This document shows positions 55,849-64,000 of a stretch of DNA of 64,000 nt, piece by piece. Both the position numbers and the translations under genes were made by a program. Location of the stretch: NCBI GenBank assembly GCA_002748055.1, contig PDRI01000096.1:13432-77431 (forward strand), written 5' to 3'. The notes beneath the pieces are model-generated. The model saw only the letters and a program-made list of their open reading frames with translations. It was not told the DNA's origin and did no database searches. This stretch comes from Bacteroidota bacterium (GTDB lineage Bacteria; Bacteroidota; Bacteroidia; Bacteroidales; GCA-2748055). Positions within the stretch are counted from its first letter, which is position 1, and the number at the start of each line of letters is the position of its first letter.

Positions 55849-57645
55849 TTAACTGGCCACCCTTCCCTTCATCAACAAATCCAAAGCCTCTCCAAAAGAA
55901 CCCGCAGCGATGATCTCACCATCATTCACAAAAAAGATCTCATCGGCATTTTCGATGGTATTCAGACGATGGGCAATAATGACCCGGGTAGTGGTATCGG
56001 GCAGGTTGGTAAGAATCTCTTCAAGTTGCTGTTCGGTCACCGTATCGATATTGGCAGTAGCCTCATCCAGAATAAGTAGTTCCGGCTTACGAAGAATGGC
56101 CCTGATAAACGCGATGAGCTGCTTCTGCCCCAGACTGATCCCATCTCCGTTCATCTCTATATGCGTATCCAAACCATCCTCGAAGCGATGCAGTAATTTC
56201 AACAAACGGGCATCCCTCAGGGCTGCCTCCAGTTCTTCATTGCTGAAGGCTGCATACTGAGGATTGCCATACAGGATATTGTCACGTACGGTCCCCGTAA
56301 ACAGAATGGGATCCTGAAGGATGAAACCAATCTTTGCAGCCCTTTCAGCGGGGGTGTAAGACCGGATATCGCGTCCGTCGAGCCGGACAATTCCTTTGCT
56401 CGCATCATAGAGCCTGGCAACGAGCGATACCGTTGTGGTCTTACCCCCTCCGGTGGGACCCACAAAGGCATAGGTCCTGCCACGTTGGAGATCGAAACTG
56501 ACCCTATGCAGGACCTCCTTGCCGTCGCCATAGGAAAAAGAGACTTTATCGAAACCAAGGTATGATCCATTCGGAGCGGGAAGCACATCCTCAACCACCT
56601 TCAGATTGCTTTCCAGGGCAAGCAGATCGGAAATCCGGTCCCATGCCGCCATAGCACTCTGAAAACTGGCCCAGAGTGCAGACATCTGGCGAAGAGGTTG
56701 ATAAAAATAGGCAATATAGGAGAGAAAACTGATCAGTATTCCGACCGTAAACTGGCCTCTGCTGATCAGGAAGACCCCCAGGACCAGAATAATGAGCTGA
56801 CCCAGATGGGATGCAAAGGAGTATACCGGAATCAGGATGGTGTTGGCAATGCCTGCATGAACAGCCCGTTTATAATTCTCCCTGTTCACTTCCCTGAAGC
56901 GGCGACGAAAATAATCGCGCCGGTTGAAGACCACGATCACTTTGTAATTGGCCAGACTCTCCTGGATCTCGGCCGAGAGTGCACCCAGGGACTCAAGGCT
57001 CTTTTCGTTCTTTTTACGAATCCAGGGTGAAACAGCCCTTGTAAAAAGCCAAAGAAAGAAGGCCGGGACCAGAGCTGCCAGTCCAAGCTTCCAATTGATC
57101 ACCACCAGAATAATCCCTGCCCCAATCATCGTAAACAGGCTCCCGATAAAGCGCATCAGCGACTGGGAGATGAACTGGTTTACCTTTTCGCTGTCATTGT
57201 TAATACGCGAAATCAGATCGCCCGATTTGTTTTGGTTGAAAAATGCCAGGGGCAGTTCCTGCAGCTTTCCAAAGATTTGTTCGCGAAGCTTAAAAAGCAT
57301 GCGTTGACCGATCCCCCCCATGATGCGAATCTGCAGATAGTTCACCACAAATGCGACCAGATAAATCCCCAACAAAATGGCAGCAAAGCGCAGAATGCCC
57401 GGATAGTCCCCGGCTGCTACATGCGTATCAATGGTGTAGCCCACAAGATAGGGACCCAGGAGGGTAAGTACAGCGTTCAGGAAGATGGCAGACAAGGATA
57501 CAATCGTATTCCGCCGTTCCCCGCTGATCATGCCCGCAAGCTTTTTCAGGGAAGGCGCCAGGGCCTGCTTTCGTTCCTCCTTACTCAATTCATCCAGCCT
57601 ATAGTTGCCTACCCCGGATTCGTTGACGCCATGCTGACTACTCAT
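55849..57645 (-). CDS. ABC exporter, fused permease/ATPase (half-transporter B)
   Basis: Six-TM N-terminal domain. Walker A GPTGGGKTT, signature ISLGQKQ, Walker B LLILDEAT. Confidence 0.85.
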   Translation of the reverse strand: MSSQHGVNESGVGNYRLDELSKEERKQALAPSLKKLAGMISGERRNTIVSLSAIFLNAVLTLLGPYLVGYTIDTHVAAGDYPGILRFAAILLGIYLVAFVVNYLQIRIMGGIGQRMLFKLREQIFGKLQELPLAFFNQNKSGDLISRINNDSEKVNQFISQSLMRFIGSLFTMIGAGIILVVINWKLGLAALVPAFFLWLFTRAVSPWIRKKNEKSLESLGALSAEIQESLANYKVIVVFNRRDYFRRRFREVNRENYKRAVHAGIANTILIPVYSFASHLGQLIILVLGVFLISRGQFTVGILISFLSYIAYFYQPLRQMSALWASFQSAMAAWDRISDLLALESNLKVVEDVLPAPNGSYLGFDKVSFSYGDGKEVLHRVSFDLQRGRTYAFVGPTGGGKTTTVSLVARLYDASKGIVRLDGRDIRSYTPAERAAKIGFILQDPILFTGTVRDNILYGNPQYAAFSNEELEAALRDARLLKLLHRFEDGLDTHIEMNGDGISLGQKQLIAFIRAILRKPELLILDEATANIDTVTEQQLEEILTNLPDTTTRVIIAHRLNTIENADEIFFVNDGEIIAAGSFGEALDLLMKGRVAS

Positions 57646-59377
57646 AGTGCTGTGTACTCTTTTGTGAACTGTAAATCTGCATGTATTCGGGCGAGTCTTT
57701 GAGCAATTCCCTGTGCGTTCCGCTAACCACCACTTCCCCGTTCATCAGCAAGATAAGCTGGTCGAAATGCTTCACAGAAGCAATCTTTTGGGTCACCGTA
57801 AGGAGGGTCAGATCGGGGTAGTTGTTTGCAATACGATCAAGGATCTTGTTCTCTGTTTGCCTGTCGACCCGGGAGGTAAAATCGTCGAGCAACAGGATTT
57901 TCGGTTCGAGAGCCAGGGCGCGGGCCAGCATAATTCGCTGTTTTTGCCCCCCCGATAAGCTTGTACCCCTTTCCGACACCTGTGTATCGAGCTTTTCGGG
58001 CAAGCTGTCGATAAACGCCTGCAACCCGGCCGTATCGATGGCCTTTTCCACAGCCTCGGGCTTTACAGCATCACTGAAGGCAATGTTCTCGCGTAGGCTC
58101 ATATTAAAGATAACGCTGTCCTGAAAGACAATGCCAATGTGGGTATGCAATACCTCAGGGTCATAGTCCTTCAAATCGATTCCGTCGAGCACAATCCGGC
58201 CTTCCTGTGCTTCGGTCAGATGGGAAAGCAGGTAAAGCAACTGGCTTTTTCCTGCAGCCGTAGGACCAATAATGGCTGTTCTACTTCCTGCCTTCACAGC
58301 AAAGTTCAGATCGCGTAACACGGTCTTTTGCCCATAACGCATCGTGAGTCCAACAACGCGGATATTCCCTTCGGGAACTGTCTTTATCCGGCCACAGGAA
58401 GCCGCAGAGGGCTCAATAAGCACCTCTCTGATGCGGCCATAGGAAGCAGAAGCCGAGGCAATAATGTTGCCCATAAAGCCAATCATCAGGATGGGATAGA
58501 TGAGCATCATCAGATAGGAGTTAAAGGCAGCAAAATTTCCGAGTGAGAGAGAACCCAGAACCACAAAATGCCCGCCAAGTGCCAGGATGGCTACTACGGC
58601 CAGGTTTGACACAAACATAATAATGGGCACCAGCACTGAAAAAAGCCTTACAATAACGAGCCCCAGGTCTCTCGACTCGACATTCCTTTCCAGGAACTTC
58701 TGTCCTTCGGGCTGCTGTGAATTCAAGACCCGAATAAGGGCCGAACCCAGAATGCTCTCGCTAATAACCGCATTAAGCTTGTCGATCACCTCCCTGCTCT
58801 TCTTGAAGAAGATGCGCAATTTACTGAATACCAAAGCAAATGAGACAGCTATAATGGGGACAATTGCCAAAACGACCAATGCCAGCTGAAGATGGATGCG
58901 AATCAAAAGCACTGCGGCCCCGCCAATCACAAACAGGGAGGAAATGAACATCACGAAGGCCATGGAGACAAAGGTCTTTACCGATTCCATGTCGGAGGTC
59001 AGGTTGGTTAACAACTTTGCCGGATTGGCCCCGATCACATAGGAATAACTCTGCTCGGAAATCTTGTCAGATAAACGGTTCCGCAGGTCCATAGCCACCT
59101 TTTCGGCCGTATATGTTTGCAGAATCCCCTGCAGGAAAGTAAAAATGAAAATACTCCCTGCAGCCAGCATAAACTGCAGGATGACCTGCCGGACTTCGAA
59201 CACACCGGCACTGAAATCGTCGATACCTTCTGCCACGATTCTCGGAATGAGTAAATTTACGGCCGAACTCAACAAGGCAAAGCCAATCAAAAGGGTCACG
59301 AGCAACTTATAGGGCCCAAGCACCCTGAATAAGGCCCCCCGGTCATTCTGCTTTTTTCCCCTTTCCTTTCTTCGCAT
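57638..59377 (-). CDS. ABC exporter, fused permease/ATPase (half-transporter A)
   Basis: ATG at 59377. Walker A GPTAAGKSQ, signature LSGGQKQ, Walker B LLLDDFTS. 8-nt overlap with the partner gene. Confidence 0.85.
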   Translation of the reverse strand: MRRKERGKKQNDRGALFRVLGPYKLLVTLLIGFALLSSAVNLLIPRIVAEGIDDFSAGVFEVRQVILQFMLAAGSIFIFTFLQGILQTYTAEKVAMDLRNRLSDKISEQSYSYVIGANPAKLLTNLTSDMESVKTFVSMAFVMFISSLFVIGGAAVLLIRIHLQLALVVLAIVPIIAVSFALVFSKLRIFFKKSREVIDKLNAVISESILGSALIRVLNSQQPEGQKFLERNVESRDLGLVIVRLFSVLVPIIMFVSNLAVVAILALGGHFVVLGSLSLGNFAAFNSYLMMLIYPILMIGFMGNIIASASASYGRIREVLIEPSAASCGRIKTVPEGNIRVVGLTMRYGQKTVLRDLNFAVKAGSRTAIIGPTAAGKSQLLYLLSHLTEAQEGRIVLDGIDLKDYDPEVLHTHIGIVFQDSVIFNMSLRENIAFSDAVKPEAVEKAIDTAGLQAFIDSLPEKLDTQVSERGTSLSGGQKQRIMLARALALEPKILLLDDFTSRVDRQTENKILDRIANNYPDLTLLTVTQKIASVKHFDQLILLMNGEVVVSGTHRELLKDSPEYMQIYSSQKSTQHYE

Positions 59378-59553
59378 GGTTTCCGTTCCCTTTCTGAATA
59401 GAATCGGCTGACATGTCAGGCATCGAAGCATAAAACTAACACAATTTTTCCATCATGCCGGCGGGTGGCTCTTTCAAGCCTGCCGACCCGGATTCAAAGA
59501 CCTTTGATTGATATTTCCTACCTTAGCACTAAAGCATCATTATCAACTGTTCC

Positions 59554-60516
59554 ATGCGCCTGAACACGCCTGTTGAATGGCCGGCATATCCCTTCCGCAT
59601 AAGTCACCAAAGCCCTGTCATGCTTATGGGATCCTGCTTCAGTGAAAACATCGGGAAGAAGTTGTATCAGCACCTCTTCCCCACCTGCACCAATCCTTTT
59701 GGTGTCAGCTACAACCCCCTTTCTGTATTGAGAGGCCTTGAAGTTCTTATGAGGAAAGAGAGATATGGGATGAAGGACCTGAACAAGCGTGGTGACACCT
59801 GGTTCTCCTTCGACCACTTCACAGGTTTTTCCTCGAACAGTGCTGAAGGATGTCTGAACAAGATCAATACCCGGCTTCTGGAGGCCAGATCGTTTCTTAA
59901 CAATACAGCTTACCTGATCCTGACCTGGGGAACTTCCTGGGTTTATTACCACCTGGAGCAAAAGCGGATCGTAAACAACTGCCACAAACTGCCATCCCAA
60001 CAATTCAAACGCGATCGTCTGACTCCCGAACAAATCAGGACAGCTTACGAAGCTTTTCTCCCCCGCTTGTTTTCCAGTTTGCCCGATCTCAGGATTCTGC
60101 TAAGCCTGAGCCCGGTCAGACACCTGAAAGATGGGGCGCATGAAAACCAACTTAGCAAGGCTGGTCTGCTCCTGGCTGCGGAGGAACTGGTGAAGCAAGA
60201 TCCGGAACGCATCTCCTACCTTCCCGTTTACGAAAGCGTATTAGATGATATGCGCGACTACCGGTTTTATACCAGCGATCTGGTGCATCCCAACGAAACG
60301 GCCATAGCCCTGATCTGGGAACAATTTCAGCAGGCCCTGTTCTCGGAAGAAACGCGGGAAACCAACCGTCAACTTAAACCATTGTTAAACCTGTGGGCAC
60401 ATCGACCGATGAGCGATAACCCATCCGGACTGTTGCAGCACGAAAAGAAAAAGGCAGAGAAAAAAGAAGCCCTGATCGGTCGCTTTCCTAATCTGGCCTG
60501 GCAGAACCTGATTTAG
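59554..60516 (+). CDS. GSCFA-domain protein
   Basis: LMGSCFSENIG near the N-terminus. SGNH/GSCFA-family layout, 320 aa. Confidence 0.7.
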   Translation: MRLNTPVEWPAYPFRISHQSPVMLMGSCFSENIGKKLYQHLFPTCTNPFGVSYNPLSVLRGLEVLMRKERYGMKDLNKRGDTWFSFDHFTGFSSNSAEGCLNKINTRLLEARSFLNNTAYLILTWGTSWVYYHLEQKRIVNNCHKLPSQQFKRDRLTPEQIRTAYEAFLPRLFSSLPDLRILLSLSPVRHLKDGAHENQLSKAGLLLAAEELVKQDPERISYLPVYESVLDDMRDYRFYTSDLVHPNETAIALIWEQFQQALFSEETRETNRQLKPLLNLWAHRPMSDNPSGLLQHEKKKAEKKEALIGRFPNLAWQNLI

Positions 60517-60600
60517 CTTCTTTCGAACCACCCTCATTTATACGATATCCTTGTAAACATTAACGATCATCCTTTGTTTCAATGAAAAAGTAGGATATTC

Positions 60601-63009
60601 ATGAAGAAATGGACATTTTTCATCGCCCTCTTGCTCCTGCAAACGAGTCTTTGTGGGCAAAAAGGGATTCTTCGTGGGAGGGTTTACAATGCTGCCAACA
60701 ACGAGCCTGTTGCCTTTGCCACCATTGCAGTATATGGCACCACCATCGGCTCGACCAGTGATCTGGACGGAAATTTTCTCTTCACCGGTCTCGAACCCGG
60801 TTATATAGAACTGCGGGCATCCTCGGTAGGCTTCGATCCCTTTATCTCCACGAGCATAGAAATCAGCAATGCACGCGAGGTATTTATCGACATCCCATTA
60901 AATGAGGCCAATATAAAACTGGAAGAAGTAAGCATCCGGGCTTCCATTTTCCGAAAAACAGAAGAGAGTCCGGTTTCACTTCAACGAATCAGTATTGAAG
61001 AAATTGAAAAGAACCCCGGTGCAAACCGCGACATCTCAAGGGTTTTACAGTCTTACCCCGGGGTAGCATCGACACCGGCTCAACGAAACGATATCATTGT
61101 TCGTGGCGGGGGACCAAGCGAAAACAGCTTCTACCTGGACGGAATTGAGATTCCGAATATCAATCACTTTGCCACCCAGGGGGCCTCGGGCGGACCGGTA
61201 GGCATTATCAATGCAGACCTTCTTCGGGAGGTAAAACTTTATACGGGAGCCTTTCCGGCTTCGACCGGCAATGCCCTTAGTTCGGTGATTGAGCTCTCAC
61301 AAAAAGACGGGAACAAAGAAGGCCTGAAATTCAAGGGATCGGTTGGAGCCTCGGACCTGGCACTAACCCTGGATGGGCCGTTGGGCGAAAAGAGTTCATA
61401 TATCCTGTCGTACAGGCGCTCGTACCTGCAATTCCTGTTCCGCGCACTTGGGCTACCCTTCCTCCCCAAGTACAACGACTATCAGCTTAAACTGAAAACC
61501 CGTCTCAATGAACACAACGAACTGTCGTTGATCAGTATCGGTTCGTACGACAACAATGCACTGAATCTCGATGCCAATGAGACCGAAGAAAAGCGTTTCA
61601 TCCTGGGCTATCTGCCCGAAAGCTACCAATGGAGCTATACCATTGGCCTGGTCCTGAAACACTATCGCGAAAAGGGCTTCGATACCTGGGTACTGAGCCG
61701 AAATTACCTTCACAACGAATCGCTTAAGTATGCCAACAACATCCCATCGGAAGACAGGCTGATCCGGGACTACAATTCGGATGAGATCGAAAACAAGTTT
61801 CGCTACACCAGGTCCGGCTCATTTAAAAATGGCCTGAAGACAAAACTGGGAGGAGGACTTGAATATGCCAAATTCCACGCCGGAGTCTTCAACAAGAGCT
61901 TCATGAACGGGGCGCCACTGGTCATCGACAATACCTCCTCCTTCGATCTCTTCAAATGGCATGTCTTTGCACAGGCCGGCAAAAAACTGTTTTCCAACCG
62001 CCTGACCCTCTCTCTGGGCATTCGAAGCGATGCAACGAATTACAACGCCAAAATGCAAAACCTCCTTAAGCAGCTATCGCCCCGTTTCTCAGCCTCCTAT
62101 ATGCTCAACACCAAATGGTTCCTGAATTTCTCCACGGGCAGGTACTATCAGCTCCCTGCCTATACATCCATGGGCTATTCGGACAATTCAAAGCAATTGT
62201 TGAATCGCAACAAGCTGCGCTATATACGTGCCGAACACCTGGTCGGGGGACTGGAGTTCCTTCCCGACAATGACTCCAGACTGAGCCTGGAAGGTTTCTA
62301 CAAGCACTACAGCTATTACCCCTTTTCCCTCTCAGACTCTGTATCACTGGCCAGCAAGGGAGCCAATTTCGGACTCTATGGAAACGAGGCCCTAAGCTCG
62401 ACAGGCAAAGGCCGGGCTTTTGGTGCAGAGTTTCTCTACAGGAATCGCGATTTAAAGGGACTTAGTCTTACCCTTTCCTATACCCTTGTCAGGAGTGAAA
62501 CCCTCCCCAAACGATCATCTTTCGAAAACCTCGGCCCCATTCCCACAAGCTGGGACAACATCCACCTGCTCAATGTTTACGGCTTTCGCAAATTCAAAGG
62601 CAACTGGCAACTTGGTTTCAAATGGCGCTATGTGGGCGGACAACCCTATACCCCTTTCGATCCTGTTCTTTCATCAAGGACTCAATACTGGGATGTTACC
62701 GGATACCCTGCCCTGAATTACAACCTTTACAACCAATTGCGCTACAATGCCTATCATCAGCTTGATCTTCGGATCGACAAAACCTGGTATCTGAATTTGG
62801 TCACCATTAACCTGTATGCAGATGTGCAAAATGTCTACAATTACAAATCCGACAGCTCTACCTTCCTCGTTACTGAAAAGGGTGCCAACGGGGAAGCCCT
62901 GATTGAAAACCCCGATGATCCCCCTTCTCTCCAGCGCTATAAAATGAAGGAACTAAAATCGACTTCCGGAACCCTTTTACCCACGCTGGGCATCATTCTT
63001 TCATTCTAA
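60601..63009 (+). CDS. TonB-dependent receptor with carboxypeptidase-regulatory-like N-terminal domain
   Basis: ILRGRVYNAANNEPVAFATIAVYGT...DGNFLFTGLEPG is a CarboxypepD_reg domain, followed by plug and barrel. 802 aa. Confidence 0.8.
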   Translation: MKKWTFFIALLLLQTSLCGQKGILRGRVYNAANNEPVAFATIAVYGTTIGSTSDLDGNFLFTGLEPGYIELRASSVGFDPFISTSIEISNAREVFIDIPLNEANIKLEEVSIRASIFRKTEESPVSLQRISIEEIEKNPGANRDISRVLQSYPGVASTPAQRNDIIVRGGGPSENSFYLDGIEIPNINHFATQGASGGPVGIINADLLREVKLYTGAFPASTGNALSSVIELSQKDGNKEGLKFKGSVGASDLALTLDGPLGEKSSYILSYRRSYLQFLFRALGLPFLPKYNDYQLKLKTRLNEHNELSLISIGSYDNNALNLDANETEEKRFILGYLPESYQWSYTIGLVLKHYREKGFDTWVLSRNYLHNESLKYANNIPSEDRLIRDYNSDEIENKFRYTRSGSFKNGLKTKLGGGLEYAKFHAGVFNKSFMNGAPLVIDNTSSFDLFKWHVFAQAGKKLFSNRLTLSLGIRSDATNYNAKMQNLLKQLSPRFSASYMLNTKWFLNFSTGRYYQLPAYTSMGYSDNSKQLLNRNKLRYIRAEHLVGGLEFLPDNDSRLSLEGFYKHYSYYPFSLSDSVSLASKGANFGLYGNEALSSTGKGRAFGAEFLYRNRDLKGLSLTLSYTLVRSETLPKRSSFENLGPIPTSWDNIHLLNVYGFRKFKGNWQLGFKWRYVGGQPYTPFDPVLSSRTQYWDVTGYPALNYNLYNQLRYNAYHQLDLRIDKTWYLNLVTINLYADVQNVYNYKSDSSTFLVTEKGANGEALIENPDDPPSLQRYKMKELKSTSGTLLPTLGIILSF

Positions 63010-63020
63010 AACCCAGAATC

Positions 63021-63755
63021 ATGTACAGAACCATCAACTACATACTCCTGATCCTGCTGGCAACCGCCTGTAAAACGACCCATATTCCAGTCGATGATCC
63101 ACCAGCACATATCCATACCAATCCCAATGGCCAGGGCCTGGCGCTTGAGATTGAAATGATCCGTGGTCCGGGTCACAATCATCCACTAATGGCCATCTGG
63201 GTCGAAGATACCACAGGAGGGTTCATTCAGACGCTCTATGTTGCCAATTCGATTGGGACAGGCTGCTTCTTACACGGCGATAATTCGGAAGGGTTCTGGA
63301 AATCCTGTGAGGTTCGCAGGCCTGCAGCACTACCCCGATGGGGCCATCAACGAGGCATCAGGGCAAAGGATGGCCTATTTCTTCCTGATAGTCAAAACCC
63401 TGTTGCCGATGCTTATACCGGTCCAACACCACAAAGCAGTTTCATCCTGCATACCCGGCTCGATGAAAAGGTGGAAGGACCAATCAGGCTCTTTTTTGAA
63501 ATCAACCAGACCTGGGACTGGAACGAATACTGGACCAATAATAAATATCCTGACAACGAAGAGTATAAAACCTCCTGCCAGCCTGCGCTGGTCTATGCCC
63601 TGGAGATTGACAGTTCCGGACCAAAAGCAGCAGGAGATATGAAACTAATTGGACGAAGCCATCATTCTGGTGAAAATGGAGAATTGTACACCGATCTCCA
63701 TACCATGACTGCACAGAAAATTGTGAAAAGAATAAGCGTAAGGCTTTCAGATTAA
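63021..63755 (+). CDS. lipoprotein of unknown function, possibly DUF2271-like
   Basis: Lipobox LLATAC. HPLMAIWVEDTTGGFIQTLYV resembles the DUF2271 core. Starts 11 nt after the TonB receptor stop. Weak call made by eye. Confidence 0.35.
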   Translation: MYRTINYILLILLATACKTTHIPVDDPPAHIHTNPNGQGLALEIEMIRGPGHNHPLMAIWVEDTTGGFIQTLYVANSIGTGCFLHGDNSEGFWKSCEVRRPAALPRWGHQRGIRAKDGLFLPDSQNPVADAYTGPTPQSSFILHTRLDEKVEGPIRLFFEINQTWDWNEYWTNNKYPDNEEYKTSCQPALVYALEIDSSGPKAAGDMKLIGRSHHSGENGELYTDLHTMTAQKIVKRISVRLSD

Positions 63756-63869
63756 TTTAGTTCGAAGCACTATCCAAAGCTCCTTATGAGTTTTCTCATA
63801 TTTTGTCCGACCTAAAATTGAGATCTTTGAAACCTATTTAGGTTAACAATAGGGTTAGATCTAGGGCTA

Positions 63870-63905
63870 GAAAAGCTGTCCGTCAGGGCGGCTTTTCTTT
63901 TTTTC
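63870..63905 (+). terminator. strong rho-independent terminator
   Basis: GAAAAGCTGTCC-GTCA-GGGCGGCTTTTC is a 12-bp stem (two G-U pairs) with a 4-nt loop, followed by TTTTTTT. Confidence 0.8.
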
Positions 63906-63964
63906 GTACGCATAAATTGTATATATTCGTTGCAGATTCTAAACAAACCAAAAAGCTCCTGAAA

Positions 63965-64000
63965 ATGAAGTACTTTAAATTCCCTCTGGCCCTGGTATTG
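63965..64000 (+). CDS. 5' end of an exported protein gene (truncated by window)
   Basis: ATG at 63965 gives MKYFKFPLALVL, a signal-peptide-like start. Only 12 codons are visible. Confidence 0.3.
   Translation, partial: MKYFKFPLALVL

Noticed and set aside
1-64000. Scan of intergenic regions for tRNA, rRNA, tmRNA or other housekeeping RNAs
   Set aside because: No cloverleaf-like or rRNA-like sequence was recognised by eye in any spacer longer than 80 nt. This is a weak negative, and tRNAscan-SE or Infernal should confirm it.

Overview
Densely coding chromosomal segment (about 46 CDS on both strands) that looks like a Bacteroidota genome. Supporting signs: two proteins end in type-A T9SS C-terminal sorting domains, three TonB-dependent receptors carry N-terminal carboxypeptidase-regulatory-like domains (one followed by a DUF4249-type lipoprotein), TAnnTTTG -7 promoter boxes precede several operons, and many products are lipoproteins or Tat/Sec-exported enzymes. 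Content is mainly envelope, efflux and glycan-processing functions: a Tat-signal TldD with PmbA, GH29 and GH95 fucosidases, a CE4 deacetylase, a sulfatase, a type-B carboxylesterase, a metallophosphoesterase, a heavy-metal (CusA/CzcA-type) RND system with histidine-rich accessory proteins, a TetR-controlled multidrug-type RND system, an alpha-2-macroglobulin/PbpC pair, a heterodimeric ABC exporter and a miniature K+ channel. I recognised no rRNA, tRNA, CRISPR array, transposase, integrase or phage gene. Three things stand out. (1) A clear cobalamin riboswitch (minus strand, about 14271-14475) drives a tightly packed operon of two T9SS-secreted proteins, a BtuB-like receptor and a beta-propeller lipoprotein. 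This suggests a T9SS-dependent corrinoid-capture module and is my best candidate for an undescribed system. (2) A three-gene hipB-hipS-hipT (split HipA kinase) toxin-antitoxin cassette sits next to a roughly 18% GC island. (3) A BlaI-family repressor lacks a BlaR1 partner and is instead translationally coupled to an exported nucleoside-hydrolase/FmdE fusion protein. All functional calls come from motif recognition by eye on the supplied translations. No database search was run.
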